Source: Candidatus Spyradomonas excrementavium
GTDB taxonomy: Bacteria > Cyanobacteriota > Vampirovibrionia > Gastranaerophilales > Gastranaerophilaceae
Reading direction: 5' to 3'
Assembly: GCA_018714005.1 (NCBI GenBank)
Contig: DVOA01000051.1
Coordinates: forward strand, 106 to 64,105
Length of the DNA stretch: 64,000 bases
Each line of letters begins with the position of its first letter. Within the stretch, counting starts at the first letter, position 1. A model generated the notes under the pieces. It did not search any database and was not told where the DNA came from. It was given only the letters and a program-made list of their open reading frames with translations. A program made the position numbers and the translations under genes. Positions 63,033-64,000 of the stretch are shown here, piece by piece.

Positions 63033-63985
63033 TCAAGAGGCTTGAAATCCTTGATAATCGGGCTGTTTTTTGCCATTCCGGCGTACTTTTGTGCAAGCTC
63101 CTGCGGCATATACATTGGCAAACAGCCCCAGCTGCCTGTGTCGATTCTTGCGTCCCGGGATTCGGAAAGGAGTTTTTTTATAATTTGGTTGGGATTTTTC
63201 GTTCCGTAGCGGTTTTTGAAAAAATCGCCTGCATTTGATTCGGTGGCGGGCATAAAAAACCTTTTTCCACGTTTGTAGTGCGCAATATGAGAATTTATAT
63301 CGGCTTCTGAAACAATATTCAGCGGCAAATTGTTGTTTATGCAGTATTCGACGGAGAGCCTGTCGGCTAACTCGCCGATTCCGCCGTATTTTTTGTCATC
63401 CCAGTTTTGAAGATAATCTATTTTGATTCTGTCACCGACAATTCCCTCCTTTTTGTGGTCAACATGGAGGGGTTTGTTAAAATAGGCTTCTTTTGAGTAT
63501 TCATAAAAGTTGTTTTTCTTCAAAAGCCTGCAATCAGCGATGGAAACATAACCGATTTCGCGTTTTAAGTCGGGCGTGAAAAAATGATAAGTCGTTATGC
63601 TTTCACCGTCGGTCGAAGTGAGCACATTCACTTTCATTTTTTGCTTTTTAATCCCGTTTTCGGCTGTGTGGATTTTTTTGTAAACATATGCCGTGTTTTC
63701 GGGGTTGTAGCGCAGGGTTACGGGCTTGTTCCTTTGCGAAATCCTTTTAAAGCGGTCAAAAACAAGTTCTGCTGGCTTTTTTAAGTCAATATTAAAAATT
63801 CCGGACTGCATTTGCGATGTGTAATGGTTGTAAACCGTTGTTTCTATTTTTTGCAGGGCAGGTTTGGCGCAAAAAACGTCTTTTTCCAGCTGCGCAACCG
63901 GTTTTACCCTTTTGCAGTTAAGGCAGTTTTTGAGAACCGGTGTTTGTGAATACTTTTTGAATATGCTCAAATCGGGAATTTTCAT
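63029..63985 (-). CDS. Hypothetical protein, possibly a GNAT-like fold
   Basis: 318-aa ORF. YGGIGELADRLSVEYCINNNL...HIAHYKRGKRF vaguely resembles an acyltransferase core. Confidence 0.4.
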   Translation of the reverse strand: MKIPDLSIFKKYSQTPVLKNCLNCKRVKPVAQLEKDVFCAKPALQKIETTVYNHYTSQMQSGIFNIDLKKPAELVFDRFKRISQRNKPVTLRYNPENTAYVYKKIHTAENGIKKQKMKVNVLTSTDGESITTYHFFTPDLKREIGYVSIADCRLLKKNNFYEYSKEAYFNKPLHVDHKKEGIVGDRIKIDYLQNWDDKKYGGIGELADRLSVEYCINNNLPLNIVSEADINSHIAHYKRGKRFFMPATESNAGDFFKNRYGTKNPNQIIKKLLSESRDARIDTGSWGCLPMYMPQELAQKYAGMAKNSPIIKDFKPLD

Positions 63986-64000
63986 ATTTTAGTAAAGCGT

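Overview
The window holds about 60 protein-coding genes plus one tmRNA, from a low-GC, flagellated, LPS-making, probably anaerobic bacterium. Supporting genes are flgB/flgC/fliE, heptose-nucleotide genes hldA/hldC, and the [FeFe]-hydrogenase maturase hydG. EF-Tu carries the cyanobacterial-type [14 protein letters not shown] motif, so a Melainabacteria/Vampirovibrionia-like origin is a low-confidence guess. Most content is housekeeping: tuf, rpsE-rpmD-rplO-secY, infC (ATT start missed by the ORF track), dxs, uppS, rdgB, folD, murT, der, bcp, nagZ, a phosphohexomutase, two sensor kinases, a LuxR-type response regulator and a GGDEF cyclase. The accessory or unusual content is: (1) a very dense family of modular hairpin repeats, including two full-length ~330-nt mosaic elements, truncated and solo modules, and modules sitting inside operons. 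(2) A RAYT (REP-associated tyrosine transposase) gene bracketed by REP arrays. (3) ssrA followed by a degenerate copy of its own 3' end and an AT-rich M-M-R restriction-modification operon with no integrase. (4) An AT-rich patch where an unassignable toxin-like gene faces four tandem, apparently leaderless small-membrane-protein cassettes. This last patch is my best candidate for an undescribed conflict (effector/immunity-like) system. Smaller items include a MerR-type-looking palindrome inside the dxs promoter next to a secreted 8-Cys peptide, a metE/mtaA-like + cooC-like + folD operon, long perfect inverted repeats, and a GC-rich non-coding island flanked by direct repeats. No CRISPR array, rRNA or tRNA gene was seen. 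All calls come from reading the sequence and recalled family motifs. Nothing was searched or computed.
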